Below are positions 1-8,613 of a stretch of 36,600 bases of DNA, in pieces; positions within the stretch are counted from its first letter, which is position 1; each line of letters starts with the position of its first letter. A model generated the notes under the pieces. The model was not told where the DNA came from. It searched no databases and saw only the letters and a program-made list of their open reading frames with translations. A program made the translations under genes and the position numbers. This DNA is from an uncultured Bacteroidales bacterium (lineage in GTDB: Bacteria; Bacteroidota; Bacteroidia; Bacteroidales; Bacteroidaceae), in NCBI GenBank assembly GCA_902797255.1, contig CADBSN010000056.1, positions 1 through 36,600 of the forward strand, read 5' to 3'.

Positions 1-135
1 GAAAACTTGCATCGCCAAGTAAAAACGCTTCAGAAGATAGACATCGAACTAAAGCAAAGAGAGAAAAACAAGGTGATTGTTGTTACTGGCACAGAGTTGC
101 TGGGTGAACTATCCTTCACCATCGATGACGAATAA
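1..135 (+). CDS. 3' end of an unidentified protein-coding gene (44 codons, ...ELSFTIDDE*)
   Basis: Frame 1 is open from base 1 to TAA at 133-135, 17 nt upstream of the XRE gene. No recognisable motif. Confidence 0.3.
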   Translation, partial: ENLHRQVKTLQKIDIELKQREKNKVIVVTGTELLGELSFTIDDE

Positions 136-140
136 CAGAA

Positions 141-148
141 AAGGAGGT
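141..148 (+). promoter_or_regulatory. Strong Shine-Dalgarno-like AAGGAGGT ending 5 nt before ATG 153
   Basis: The sequence reads aaggaggtatatATG. Most other starts in this window lack an SD-like element. Confidence 0.5.
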
Positions 149-152
149 ATAT

Positions 153-443
153 ATGAAGACAAACAGAATTATGAACGAGATTCGCAGCACCATCACTCCT
201 GAGATGAAAATGCAAATGGAGTTGTCGGTTGCTATTGCTAACAGAATTTACGCAATCCTTGAAGCCAGAGGAATGTCGCAGAAAGACTTTGCTAAGTTGA
301 TGGGTAAGACCGAGACAGAGGTGAGTCGCTGGCTATCTGGTACACACAATCTGACGATGGCTACAATCTGCAAAATCTCAACTGCCCTTGGGGCTGATGT
401 GGTTAAAGTGGCCGACTATGACTTGAAGCCTATTTGTGCATAA
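153..443 (+). CDS. XRE-family helix-turn-helix transcriptional regulator (HigA/antitoxin-like size)
   Basis: 96 aa. HTH_3 pattern GMSQKDFAKLMGKTETEVSRWLSGTHNLTMATICKISTALG. SD-like element upstream. Confidence 0.85.
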   Translation: MKTNRIMNEIRSTITPEMKMQMELSVAIANRIYAILEARGMSQKDFAKLMGKTETEVSRWLSGTHNLTMATICKISTALGADVVKVADYDLKPICA

Positions 444-524
444 TTCTATACTCTAGGCTGCTTCTACCCAAGTATCACTCAGCTTCTAGCCTCCTTCTAG
501 GATGCTTCTAGGCTTACTCAAACA

Positions 525-568
525 GTATGGCTAGAGTATGGGTAGAATATGGCTAAAGTATGGCTAAA
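525..568. repeat. Four tandem 11-bp direct repeats (gtatggctaga / gtatgggtaga / atatggctaaa / gtatggctaaa)
   Basis: Read directly from the sequence. The period is 11 bp, about one helical turn. Confidence 0.8.
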
Positions 569-601
569 GAGAAGGTGATAGCTGGGTGATGTGACGGAAT
601 C

Positions 602-763
602 AACGTTGTCATCATTGTCATGGTCATTAGTTGTCATTAAGGATTTCGGATTGGTATTTCATTTCATAAAATTAGATATTAAGAATTAATACATATTTTA
701 TGAGCTTTTTTCGGGTTTCAAAACTCTTAATGACAATTGACAACTAATGACAATGACAACGTT
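602..763. repeat. Imperfect ~40-bp inverted repeat of TGTCAT(T)-type units flanking an ~85-bp AT-rich spacer
   Basis: The left arm aacgttgtcatcattgtcatggtcattagttgtcattaag (602-641) pairs with the reverse complement of cttaatgacaattgacaactaatgacaatgacaacgtt (726-763). The alignment needs indels. Confidence 0.7.
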
Positions 764-1017
764 TTCCCATTTTATGTTAAATGGTTAACAAATCATTCGT
801 AGACCATCCAAGCTGTTTCGTGTCTTGCATTGTCAAAAATCAATCGCATTCTTTGCAGCCCCTAGGGGTAACAAAATTTCCCTTAGGGGGGAACAAAGAA
901 GACCTCCTGCAGACCCCCCTCTGCCCGTTGGGCATCTACCCCTCTATGGGGAGAACTAAACAGACCCCCTCCAAACCTCCCCGTGGGGAGGACTTGAGAG
1001 TTTATTGTTTAAAGTTT

Positions 1018-1165
1018 ATAGTTTAAGGTCAGTTGAAAGAGTTGAAAGTGAAAAGAGAAAAGTGAAAAATGCGATTATGCGAGTGCAGAGTCAAGCGTGC
1101 TTGAACTATGCCGAGCGGAAGCATTTTGGGCGAAAGCCAAAAATTAAAAGTTAAAAGTTAAAAAC
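1018..1165 (+). repeat. Copy of an intergenic repeat family (core ATAGTTTAAGGTCAGTTGAAAGAGTTGAAAGTGAAAAG, then AAAAATGCGATTATGCGAG...GCATTTTGGGCGAAAGCC)
   Basis: The core recurs in reverse complement at 35876-35912. The GTGAAAAATGCGATTA.GC.GAG / GCATTTTG.GCG part recurs at about 2125-2231. Confidence 0.55.
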
Positions 1166-1207
1166 GAAATGGTCTGTTTGCTCTAAAGGTATGGGACCTG
1201 TAAACAG

Positions 1208-1241
1208 AAACAGGAGCGTTGTAAACACATCGCTCCTGTTT
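1208..1241 (-). terminator. Hairpin terminator candidate downstream of the 1324..1887 gene
   Basis: Perfect 11-bp stem aaacaggagcg/cgctcctgttt with a 12-nt loop. The trailing tract on the minus strand is only moderately U-rich. Confidence 0.5.
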
Positions 1242-1256
1242 GTTATGTACTATAAA

Positions 1257-1308
1257 CTCTTGACCCTCGACTCTTGACCCTCGACTCTTGACTCTTGACT
1301 CTCGACCC
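1257..1308. repeat. Tandem 14-/7-bp repeats (ctcttgaccctcga x2, ctcttga x2, ctctcgaccc)
   Basis: Read directly. Lies between the stop of the 1324..1887 gene and its hairpin. Confidence 0.8.
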
Positions 1309-1323
1309 TGTAAACTGTCAACT

Positions 1324-1887
1324 TTATTCATTCGGGCTGTCGCCAAGGAAGGTGTATTCGAAATTGGAACTTTTGGCTGATGGATACTGACTGCGTGGGT
1401 CGACATCCTGACGGTTGCGAAGGTGGTTGACCACGCGCTCGTAGCAGTCGAGGGCACTCTGTGCCTTGAGCTTGGCATGGAAGCGTGTGTCGAGGTACTG
1501 GAACTTATTGGTGTCCTTGATGGGTACTACGCGCTTGAACACGAGTACGGCATCGTACCATCCTGGATTCTCCTCGCCCATGATTTCAAGTACGGACTTC
1601 TTCTTCTCGGGCACATAGGTGCCTGCTGATTTCTGCTCATTGCGGAGGCGCTCCATCTCCTTGAACTCTTCGAGGGTTTGGGCCTCTGTCTTAAGGAAGA
1701 GGATGTAGTTGGAATAACCTACCTTGAGACGGTAAGGGTATTGATTGGTGGAGGTGTAGAAGCTGTTGACGCGATTGATGACATCGCCTGTGAGCTTCAG
1801 GTCTTTCACCGTTTCAAGAAATGCAACAACCTCGTCCATGTTGGTTGCTAATGCATCCTGTTCAAAATATCGAATGTATAAGTTCAT
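1324..1887 (-). CDS. Hypothetical cytoplasmic protein (187 aa, no recognisable domain)
   Basis: Long ATG-initiated ORF. A TAtcTTTG motif lies upstream and a hairpin downstream. The overlapping ORFs 1158..1478 and 1423..1629 are shorter or lie in repeat DNA. Confidence 0.7.
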   Translation of the reverse strand: MNLYIRYFEQDALATNMDEVVAFLETVKDLKLTGDVINRVNSFYTSTNQYPYRLKVGYSNYILFLKTEAQTLEEFKEMERLRNEQKSAGTYVPEKKKSVLEIMGEENPGWYDAVLVFKRVVPIKDTNKFQYLDTRFHAKLKAQSALDCYERVVNHLRNRQDVDPRSQYPSAKSSNFEYTFLGDSPNE

Positions 1888-1994
1888 ATAATTAAATTTG
1901 TGCCATCAAGTCTACAATTTTTTCTCTTGAAAAAACTTGCATCTGATAGCGGATCAAAACACCTAAAAAACGTCGGTTAATAAAAATACCGTTG

Positions 1995-2002
1995 CAAAGA
2001 TA
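1995..2002 (-). promoter_or_regulatory. Bacteroidota -7 promoter motif TAtcTTTG for the 1324..1887 gene
   Basis: caaagata on the + strand is TATCTTTG on the - strand, about 105 nt upstream of the start. Confidence 0.4.
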
Positions 2003-2017
2003 GTAAATTTAATTGAT

Positions 2018-2257
2018 AATTGATAATTGACAATTGATAAAAATGAAAAATCAAGAGTGAAAAATGAAAAATTAAGAGTGAAAAACGAAAAATTAAGAGT
2101 GAAAAACGAAAAATTAAAAGTGAAAAGTGAAAAATCAACAGCATAAATCATAAAAATATCAAAAATGCGATTAAGCCGAGCAAAAAAACAAATAAATTTG
2201 ATTTTTCTAGGCGTAGCATTTTGCGCATAGCGAATTATCAATTGTCAATTATCAATT
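2018..2257. repeat. Perfect 23-bp inverted repeat (aattgataattgacaattgataa, 2018-2040 and 2235-2257) enclosing 194 bp
   Basis: I derived the reverse complement by hand and the arms match exactly. The arms extend imperfectly to about 2011 and 2262. Confidence 0.85.
2045..2136. repeat. About 4.4 copies of a 21-bp tandem repeat (gaaaaattaagagtgaaaaac)
   Basis: Units at 2045, 2066, 2087 and 2108, with a partial unit at 2129. Lies inside the 23-bp inverted-repeat-bounded segment. Confidence 0.85.
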
Positions 2258-2362
2258 GTCAAAAACTTAGGAAAATGTAAAAATTTAAAAATGAAATAAT
2301 GTAATAATTAGGGGAAACAGCAAAAATAGTAAATAGTAAATGGTTAAATGGTAAATTATTTG

Positions 2363-2370
2363 TACCTTTG
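2363..2370 (+). promoter_or_regulatory. -7 promoter motif TAccTTTG for the GT2-DUF4922 operon
   Basis: Ends 21 nt upstream of ATG 2391. Confidence 0.5.
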
Positions 2371-2390
2371 CCAAGATAAATTTTGAACGG

Positions 2391-4682
2391 ATGAAGACGA
2401 TCGATTGTTTTATTCCTTATAACGATGTGGAAACTGCGAAAAAGAATGTGGAGCAGTTCAAGGCATCGAACAATGTAAAACAGATTTTTTTGTTGGCTCA
2501 TGACCCTTCGCTGCCTCAGATTGAAGGGTGCAGCATGTTGTTTGTCGATACATTGGAGAGTTCGGCAACCCTGCGTCAGATGGCGCTGGTGGCGAAGTCG
2601 GACTATGTGGCAATCTATGGTAAGTTCTTGCCTATCAAGGTGGGTTATGGTGCGATTGACCGTGTGTTGCAGATTGCTGAGACGATGGATGCGGGTATGT
2701 TGTACAGCGACCACTATGCGATGAAGGACGGGGTGTTGACGAAGGCTCCTGTGATTGCCTATCAGAAGGGTAGTGTGCGTAACGACTTCGACTTCGGTTC
2801 GCTGCGTTTTGTGAAGACTGCGTTGTTCAAGGCTTGCGAGGAGCAGTATCGTGAGAGCCGATGGAAGGCTGCCGCTATGTATGAGCTGACTTTGTTTGTG
2901 AGCCGTCAGACGGAGCCTGTCTATTATATCAATGAATATCTCTACACGGAGGACGAGACAGACCTGAGGAAGAGTGGCGACAAGCAGTTCGACTATGTTG
3001 ACCCTCGCAACCGTGAAGTGCAGATTGAGATGGAGCAGGTGTGTACAGAGCATCTGAAACAGATTGATGCTTTCGTGGCAGCAGAGGATGTGACGGATCT
3101 TGCTGTGGGTGGCGGCTCGTTCCCCACGGAGGCTTCTGTGATTATCCCTGTGAAGAATAGGGCCAAGACGGTGGAGGATGCCATCATGTCGGCCATGTCG
3201 CAGCGGACGAACTTCGACTATAACATCATCGTGGTGGATAACCACTCGACGGACGGAACGACCGAAATCGTGAGCCGACTGGCGAACTATGATGCGCGTG
3301 TGATTCATATCGTCCCAGAGCGTGAAGATCTGGGTATCGGTGGCTGTTGGAACATGGCCATTCAGGACAAGCGTTGCGGACGCTTTGCCATTCAGTTGGA
3401 TTCGGATGACCTCTATTCGCGTGAATCGACCTTGCAGATGATTGTGGATAAGTTCTACAACGAACATTGTGCGATGGTGATTGGTTCGTACAGGATGTGT
3501 GACTTCAACTTGCGAACACTACCGCCCGGAACGATTGGCCACAAGGAATGGACGGCAGAGAACGGTAGGAATAATGCGTTGCGCATCAACGGATTAGGTG
3601 CACCAAGAGCGTTCTACACACCGCTGTTGCGACAGATTGGGGTGCCAAACACCAGCTATGGTGAGGACTATGCATTGGGACTTGCTTTCTCGCGTAAATA
3701 TAAAATAGGTAGAATCTTTGATGTGGTGTATCTTTGCCGTCGATGGGAAGGCAACTCTGATGCCGCCCTTTCGCCTGAACGCGTGAACCAGAACAACTAC
3801 TATAAGGATATGCTCCGCTCGTTGGAGATTACTTCGCGTCAGCAGATGAACCAATATTGGAAGGGTAGGGCCACTCAGCAGGATGTGGATGCTTTTTTCG
3901 AGCGTCAGCTGGCTGACTGGAAAGATGTGGAGGAGCGTTATCGTAACCTCGAGGTGCAGACGAAGACCTTCACCATCGGAGGGAAGATGCTGACCATTCA
4001 ACATAATCCTGCCCGTTTGGTATCGACCGGTGCGAAGATTGACAAGGCATCGATTCAGCAGCGTCCTTGTTTTCTCTGCGACATGAACCGTCCGACGGAA
4101 CAATACGGACTGGTGATGAACGAACGGTTCCAGCTGCTCATCAATCCGTTCCCCATCCTGAAACGGCATTTCACCATCACCTCGCGTCAGCATCAGTTGC
4201 AGCAGATACGACCGTCTTATGCGGATATGTTGGACTTTGCAGAGAGGCTCGATCGGCTGTTCGTGTTCTATAACGGTCCGCTTTGTGGTGCCTCAGCACC
4301 CGACCACATGCATTTCCAGGCAGGGCTGAAGGAACAGTTGCCTAAGACCTGTCTGAGCAAACATTTCGAAATCCGTGGGGCTTCGAAAGAGGAGATGGTA
4401 GAGCGCTTCAACAAGGTGTATGACAGCCTGCCTGTGGTGGGTGACGAGACCGAACCTCGCATGAATGTGCTGACTTGGAAGGAAGCAGATGAGTTTGTGA
4501 CACTCGTCATTCCTCGCACGAAACATCGTCCGGCATGTTATGAAGCCAAAGGCGAGGAGCAGATGCTGGTCAGTCCAGGAGCGTTGGATATGGCTGGATT
4601 GATGATTGTGCCCCGAACAGAAGATTTTAACCGCATCACTCCTGAGATAGCGGAGAACATCATAAAAGAATGTGGCGTATGA
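2391..4682 (+). CDS. Three-part fusion: N-terminal uncharacterised region, family-2 glycosyltransferase, and C-terminal DUF4922 / HIT-like (GDP-L-galactose or Ap4A phosphorylase-like) nucleotidyltransferase domain
   Basis: GT2 motifs: [16 protein letters not shown]...[12 protein letters not shown]...QLDSDDLY. C-terminus: [11 protein letters not shown]...RPCFLC...[13 protein letters not shown]...[10 protein letters not shown], with the HxHxQ motif at 4305-4319. Confidence 0.8.
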   Translation: MKTIDCFIPYNDVETAKKNVEQFKASNNVKQIFLLAHDPSLPQIEGCSMLFVDTLESSATLRQMALVAKSDYVAIYGKFLPIKVGYGAIDRVLQIAETMDAGMLYSDHYAMKDGVLTKAPVIAYQKGSVRNDFDFGSLRFVKTALFKACEEQYRESRWKAAAMYELTLFVSRQTEPVYYINEYLYTEDETDLRKSGDKQFDYVDPRNREVQIEMEQVCTEHLKQIDAFVAAEDVTDLAVGGGSFPTEASVIIPVKNRAKTVEDAIMSAMSQRTNFDYNIIVVDNHSTDGTTEIVSRLANYDARVIHIVPEREDLGIGGCWNMAIQDKRCGRFAIQLDSDDLYSRESTLQMIVDKFYNEHCAMVIGSYRMCDFNLRTLPPGTIGHKEWTAENGRNNALRINGLGAPRAFYTPLLRQIGVPNTSYGEDYALGLAFSRKYKIGRIFDVVYLCRRWEGNSDAALSPERVNQNNYYKDMLRSLEITSRQQMNQYWKGRATQQDVDAFFERQLADWKDVEERYRNLEVQTKTFTIGGKMLTIQHNPARLVSTGAKIDKASIQQRPCFLCDMNRPTEQYGLVMNERFQLLINPFPILKRHFTITSRQHQLQQIRPSYADMLDFAERLDRLFVFYNGPLCGASAPDHMHFQAGLKEQLPKTCLSKHFEIRGASKEEMVERFNKVYDSLPVVGDETEPRMNVLTWKEADEFVTLVIPRTKHRPACYEAKGEEQMLVSPGALDMAGLMIVPRTEDFNRITPEIAENIIKECGV

Positions 4683-5983
4683 TGGAACCGGAAGTGAAAG
4701 TAGGAATCGTCCACGCCCAAAAGATACGACTCACCCTCAATGGTAGCTATACGGCTAAAGGAGAAACCGTAGACGGCCCTCAAGATGTGGCCTACGAAGA
4801 CGGTGGCATCCTTTGGAACGGGAATGTGTATCAGCGTCTGACATTCAAACCGCAGACGGATGATGCGTCGTTCTCGCTCTATGAGGTGACCATCGGAAAG
4901 GATTTCCATTGGGAACGGAAGGAAACGCAGACCTTCAGAGGCTTGTTGCAGTTTATTGTGGATGAAGGCCAGTTGTGTGCCATCAATATCCTGCCCGTAG
5001 AAGCTTATCTGGAGAGTGTCATCTCGTCGGAGATGAAAGCTACAGCTTCGTTGGAATTCCTAAAGGCGCATGCCGTGATTTCGCGTAGTTGGCTGATGGC
5101 CCAGATAGAGAAGCGTCAGAAAGCGGAGCAGGAGGAGCGTGATGCCTTCTTTTCTTTTAGGAAGACGGATACGGAACTGGTGAGATGGTACGACCGTGAG
5201 GACCATACATTGTATGATGTCTGTGCAGACGACCATTGTCAGCGCTATCAGGGTATTACGAAGGCAACCAGCGAGCAAGTGAAACAGGCCGTTGATGCCA
5301 CACGCGGTATTGTGTTGTATCATCAGGGTCAGATTTGTGATGCCCGATTCTCGAAGTGCTGTGGAGGTGTGTCGGAGGAATTCGGAACTTGTTGGGAAGA
5401 TGTTGACAAGCCTTACCTGAAAGCTGTTCGTGACGGAGCTGAGGATGCGGAATTGCCAGATTTGACGAATGAGGAAAACGCTCGGAAGTGGATTATGACG
5501 ATGCCTGATGCCTTCTGCAACACACAGAACAAGAAGATATTGTCGCAGATACTGAATAACTACGATCAGGAGACGGACGACTTCTATCGCTGGGCGCTGG
5601 AATATACGCCAGAAGAACTGAGTCGGCTCGTGGCCCAAAACCTAAAGGAGGACTTGGGCGAAGTGCTTGACCTCGTCCCACTCTCACGAGGGAAGTCGGG
5701 ACGCATCTACCGGCTTAAGATTGTGGGAACCAAGAAGAGTTATATCATCGGAAAAGAATTGGAGATACGTCGTGTGCTGTCTGACACCCATCTGTTCTCT
5801 TCTGCGTTCGTCGTCGATAAGCATTACGACCATTTCGTGTTGCACGGAGCAGGGTGGGGACATGGAGTCGGTCTCTGTCAGATTGGTGCAGCCGTGATGG
5901 GCGAGCAAGGTTATAGCTATAAACAAATCTTGCAGCACTACTATCCTGGCTCGTATCTGGCAACTGCATTAATGAATAATTGA
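4670..5983 (+). CDS. SpoIID/LytB-domain protein (peptidoglycan glycan-strand-cleaving / amidase-enhancer family)
   Basis: Motifs: [58 protein letters not shown]. The start overlaps the upstream stop. Alternative ATGs lie at 4679 and 4682. Confidence 0.85.
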   Translation: MWRMMEPEVKVGIVHAQKIRLTLNGSYTAKGETVDGPQDVAYEDGGILWNGNVYQRLTFKPQTDDASFSLYEVTIGKDFHWERKETQTFRGLLQFIVDEGQLCAINILPVEAYLESVISSEMKATASLEFLKAHAVISRSWLMAQIEKRQKAEQEERDAFFSFRKTDTELVRWYDREDHTLYDVCADDHCQRYQGITKATSEQVKQAVDATRGIVLYHQGQICDARFSKCCGGVSEEFGTCWEDVDKPYLKAVRDGAEDAELPDLTNEENARKWIMTMPDAFCNTQNKKILSQILNNYDQETDDFYRWALEYTPEELSRLVAQNLKEDLGEVLDLVPLSRGKSGRIYRLKIVGTKKSYIIGKELEIRRVLSDTHLFSSAFVVDKHYDHFVLHGAGWGHGVGLCQIGAAVMGEQGYSYKQILQHYYPGSYLATALMNN

Positions 5984-6006
5984 TAATTAATAGATCGAAC
6001 ATCAAT

Positions 6007-7287
6007 ATGCTAAAAGATAAAATTAAAAAGCCTTTTGTGTGGGTTCCTACACTCTATTTCAGTGAGTCATTACCATTTTCGGCTGTGATGCTGATATCGG
6101 TCATTATGTTCAAGGATTTTGGACTGACCGACGGAGAAATCACGGTCTATACCGGATGGTTGGGACTACCCTGGGTGATTAAACCGCTATGGAGCCCGTT
6201 TATCGATAATTTCAAGACCAAACGCTGGTGGATTATATCGATGCAGTTCCTCATGGGAATCGCATTGGCTTGTGTGGCCTTCACCATTCCTACTGCCTAT
6301 TGGCTGCAGCTTACGTTGGCCTTCTTCATGTTGATTGCCTTTGCAAGTGCCACACATGATGTCTCAGCAGATGGTTTTTACATTATAGGCCTTTCGAATC
6401 GAGATCAGGAATTCTTTGTGGGAGTGCGTAACACCTTCTACCGTATCGGTATGGTAGTGGGTCAAGGGGTCTTGGTATCGCTTCAGGGACTCTTATCTCA
6501 TGGGTTGATGGACGTCGATGGTTTTCGTGAGACCCATAATGAGATATCGTGGGCCATCCTCTTTGTCGTGATAGCCTTGATGATGGCTTTGCTGGGCTTG
6601 TTCCATAGTTTCATGTTGCCAAAGATAGAAGTAGCCCTACACGAGGACTTCAACATCAAGACGCAGATGAAAGAGTTTTGGCAAACCTTAAAGGTGTTTG
6701 GTACCAAACCACATGTCATCACGGCCTTGCTGTTTATCCTCTTGTTCCGTTTGCCTGAAGGATTGCTGACGAAGATTGTGCCATTGTTCCTTACACGTGA
6801 CGTAGAGGACGGAGGACTGGGTATGAGCAACGTGGATTTCGGATTGATTTACGGTACGCTGGGTGTGATAGGGCTCTTGGCAGGAGGAATCGTAGGCGGC
6901 TGGGCCGTATCGAAATGGGGCCTGAAACGTTGTCTGTGGCCACTCGTGCTGTGTATCACGCTACCTGATGTGGTCTATGTGTACCTGAGCTATTTCCCAA
7001 CCGACCATATTTGGTTGACAGGAACCTGTGTGTGTATTGAACAGATAGGTTACGGCTTGGGATTTGCGGCATACACACTCTTCCTTGTTACGTTCTCACG
7101 TGGTGAACGCAGCACGGCAGTATTTGCAATCTGTACGGCTGGACAGTATCTGGGAGGTGTGATGTTGCCAGGAATGGTGTCGGGACTGATATCGGAGAAT
7201 GTCGGCTATCAGACCTTCTTCCTGATTGTGATGGCATTGTGTCTGGTCACATTTGCTGTCACAGCCTTGGTGAAAATAAAGGATTAG
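6007..7287 (+). CDS. ampG: AmpG-family MFS permease (muropeptide-type transporter)
   Basis: Multi-pass membrane protein. N-terminal AmpG-like motif: LGLPWVIKPLWSPFIDNFKTKRWWI. I prefer ATG 6007 over the TTG at 5980 given in the ORF track. Confidence 0.75.
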   Translation: MLKDKIKKPFVWVPTLYFSESLPFSAVMLISVIMFKDFGLTDGEITVYTGWLGLPWVIKPLWSPFIDNFKTKRWWIISMQFLMGIALACVAFTIPTAYWLQLTLAFFMLIAFASATHDVSADGFYIIGLSNRDQEFFVGVRNTFYRIGMVVGQGVLVSLQGLLSHGLMDVDGFRETHNEISWAILFVVIALMMALLGLFHSFMLPKIEVALHEDFNIKTQMKEFWQTLKVFGTKPHVITALLFILLFRLPEGLLTKIVPLFLTRDVEDGGLGMSNVDFGLIYGTLGVIGLLAGGIVGGWAVSKWGLKRCLWPLVLCITLPDVVYVYLSYFPTDHIWLTGTCVCIEQIGYGLGFAAYTLFLVTFSRGERSTAVFAICTAGQYLGGVMLPGMVSGLISENVGYQTFFLIVMALCLVTFAVTALVKIKD

Positions 7288-7595
7288 CGGAGACTTTTAC
7301 GCTTTTCCAACAATTTCTTGTTATAGACTTTCTCGACTCTGGTCACTTCCTTAGAGGTCATGATTTTGTTCTGCTGAACAGGGTCAAGGCCTTTGAGGGA
7401 TTTGTTGATGTCGCCAATCAGAATCTGAGAAGCCGATTTCAGCGAATTCTGTGATTTAGCGTTGTCAACACGTTCGATGGCATCGTTGAAACTCTTGATT
7501 ACTTTTTCCTGAGGAGTGGATGGGCTACAAGCCGTTAATACGAATGCCAGCCCAATGGTGGCACAGAACGAAACGAGGTGTCTGTAAGTCTTCAT
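7284..7595 (-). CDS. Small lipoprotein of unknown function
   Basis: Signal peptide with lipobox VLTAC. TAacTTTG lies upstream at 7656-7663 (- strand). The 3' end overlaps ampG by 4 nt, convergently. Confidence 0.65.
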   Translation of the reverse strand: MKTYRHLVSFCATIGLAFVLTACSPSTPQEKVIKSFNDAIERVDNAKSQNSLKSASQILIGDINKSLKGLDPVQQNKIMTSKEVTRVEKVYNKKLLEKRKSLR

Positions 7596-7770
7596 AAGCA
7601 GTTGTTATTAAGTAAGGTTGTTTATATTGTTTAGTAGTAATTGCAACTGTGGGTGCAAAGTTATAAATAAAAAGAGGTTTTTGCAAAACAAAATACTAAA
7701 AAAGTTGAAAAAAAGTAAAATTTGATGAAGAAAACCTCCAATATGCATCCATATACGCCAAAAATACTAA

Positions 7771-7799
7771 AAAAGGAAGGGTTTCGTTTGAACCCCTCC
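7771..7799 (-). terminator. Intrinsic terminator of the 7829..8443 gene
   Basis: The minus-strand RNA reads GGAGGGGUU-CAAACGA-AACCCUUCC followed by UUUU. The stem is 9 bp including one G-U pair. Confidence 0.6.
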
Positions 7800-7828
7800 C
7801 TTATTGTTCATGAGCAATATGATGCGCT

Positions 7829-8443
7829 TTAGAGACCGAGTGACTTCTTTACATCATCGGCAGCCTTATCGATTGCTTCGTTAGCCTTTTGCTTCTGGGC
7901 TTCGATTGCTTCGTTAGCTTTCTGCTTCTGTGCCTCTACAGCCTCATTTGCCTTGTTTTCTGCCTCTTTCTTAGCGGCTTCTGTAGCATCTGCAGCTGCA
8001 TCAACAACTCCTTCTGCAGCATCTGTTGCGCTCTCTGCTACATCCAAAGGAAGATTTGCAGCTTTCTGTACGAGGTCAGCAATTGTCAATTCTGTAGATT
8101 CAGCAACAGTGGAGCTGATGGCTGTAACCTCTTCTTTGTTGGTTTCAAGGAAATCCTGAAGAGACTGCAGGTATTTCTGTGCAACCTCAACATTACCAGC
8201 ATTAATCAACGCTTGGATGCGTGCCTTGAATGCTTCGATAGAACTCTGGAGTGCTGGAGCATCTTTTGCCTCGACATCTGCAGTAATCTCCTCTATCAGT
8301 TCGTTGAGGTCTTCATCTACGATTGCTTCAACATCTGTTGATGTAGAATCTTGATCCGTGTTGGCAGATGTGCTTCCATTACATGCGCAGAAAGTGGCAG
8401 TAAATGCGATTGCCACAGCAACCATTACAATAATTTTCTTCAT
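7829..8443 (-). CDS. Lipoprotein, acidic Ala/Glu/Lys-rich and helical, with internal 11-aa repeats (EAIEAQKQKAN)
   Basis: Signal peptide and lipobox FCAC. A 33-bp DNA tandem repeat lies at about 7865-7950. TAttTTTG upstream at 8502-8509 (- strand). Confidence 0.75.
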   Translation of the reverse strand: MKKIIVMVAVAIAFTATFCACNGSTSANTDQDSTSTDVEAIVDEDLNELIEEITADVEAKDAPALQSSIEAFKARIQALINAGNVEVAQKYLQSLQDFLETNKEEVTAISSTVAESTELTIADLVQKAANLPLDVAESATDAAEGVVDAAADATEAAKKEAENKANEAVEAQKQKANEAIEAQKQKANEAIDKAADDVKKSLGL

Positions 8444-8584
8444 AATGCTTTTTGTTTTTAGGTTATTGATATCTTAGGCCGTTTATGTATAAACGCCGAT
8501 GCAAAAATAGTACTTTTCTATAGGATTACAAGCAAAAACCCTTTCTTTTTTGAAAAAATCACTTGTAAAACCACATAAAATTAC

Positions 8585-8592
8585 TATTTTTG
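8585..8592 (+). promoter_or_regulatory. -7 promoter motif TAttTTTG for the four-gene sensor array
   Basis: Ends 22 nt upstream of ATG 8614. Confidence 0.5.
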
Positions 8593-8613
8593 CAAGTGAA
8601 TTGATAATTTATC

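Noticed and set aside
781-1026. 81-aa ORF in the repeat-rich spacer
   Set aside because: It lies in G-run/C-run hairpin DNA and a dispersed repeat. It has no promoter motif, and its Pro/Gly-rich product looks like a translation artefact of the repeats.
1963-2241. 92-aa - strand ORF (FSFFTLNFSFFTLN...) and a possible CRISPR-like array
   Set aside because: The ORF is simply the translation of the 21-bp tandem repeat. The repeats are contiguous with no unique spacers and no cas genes, so this is not a CRISPR array.
2259-3467. 402-aa ORF on the - strand opposite the GT2-DUF4922 gene
   Set aside because: It is entirely antisense to a gene with clear GT2 motifs. Its product is Arg/His/Leu-rich, has no motifs, and runs into repeat DNA. 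This is a typical shadow ORF of a GC-richer gene.
5980-6006. TTG-initiated 9-codon extension of ampG overlapping the SpoIID stop
   Set aside because: ATG 6007 gives a normal MLKDKIKKP... N-terminus, while the extension is AT-rich linker sequence. The choice remains uncertain without N-terminal data.
7889-8341. 150-aa and 68-aa + strand ORFs opposite the helical lipoprotein gene
   Set aside because: They are Cys/Phe/Leu-rich antisense products of an Ala/Glu/Lys-rich gene that has a clear signal peptide, promoter motif and terminator.
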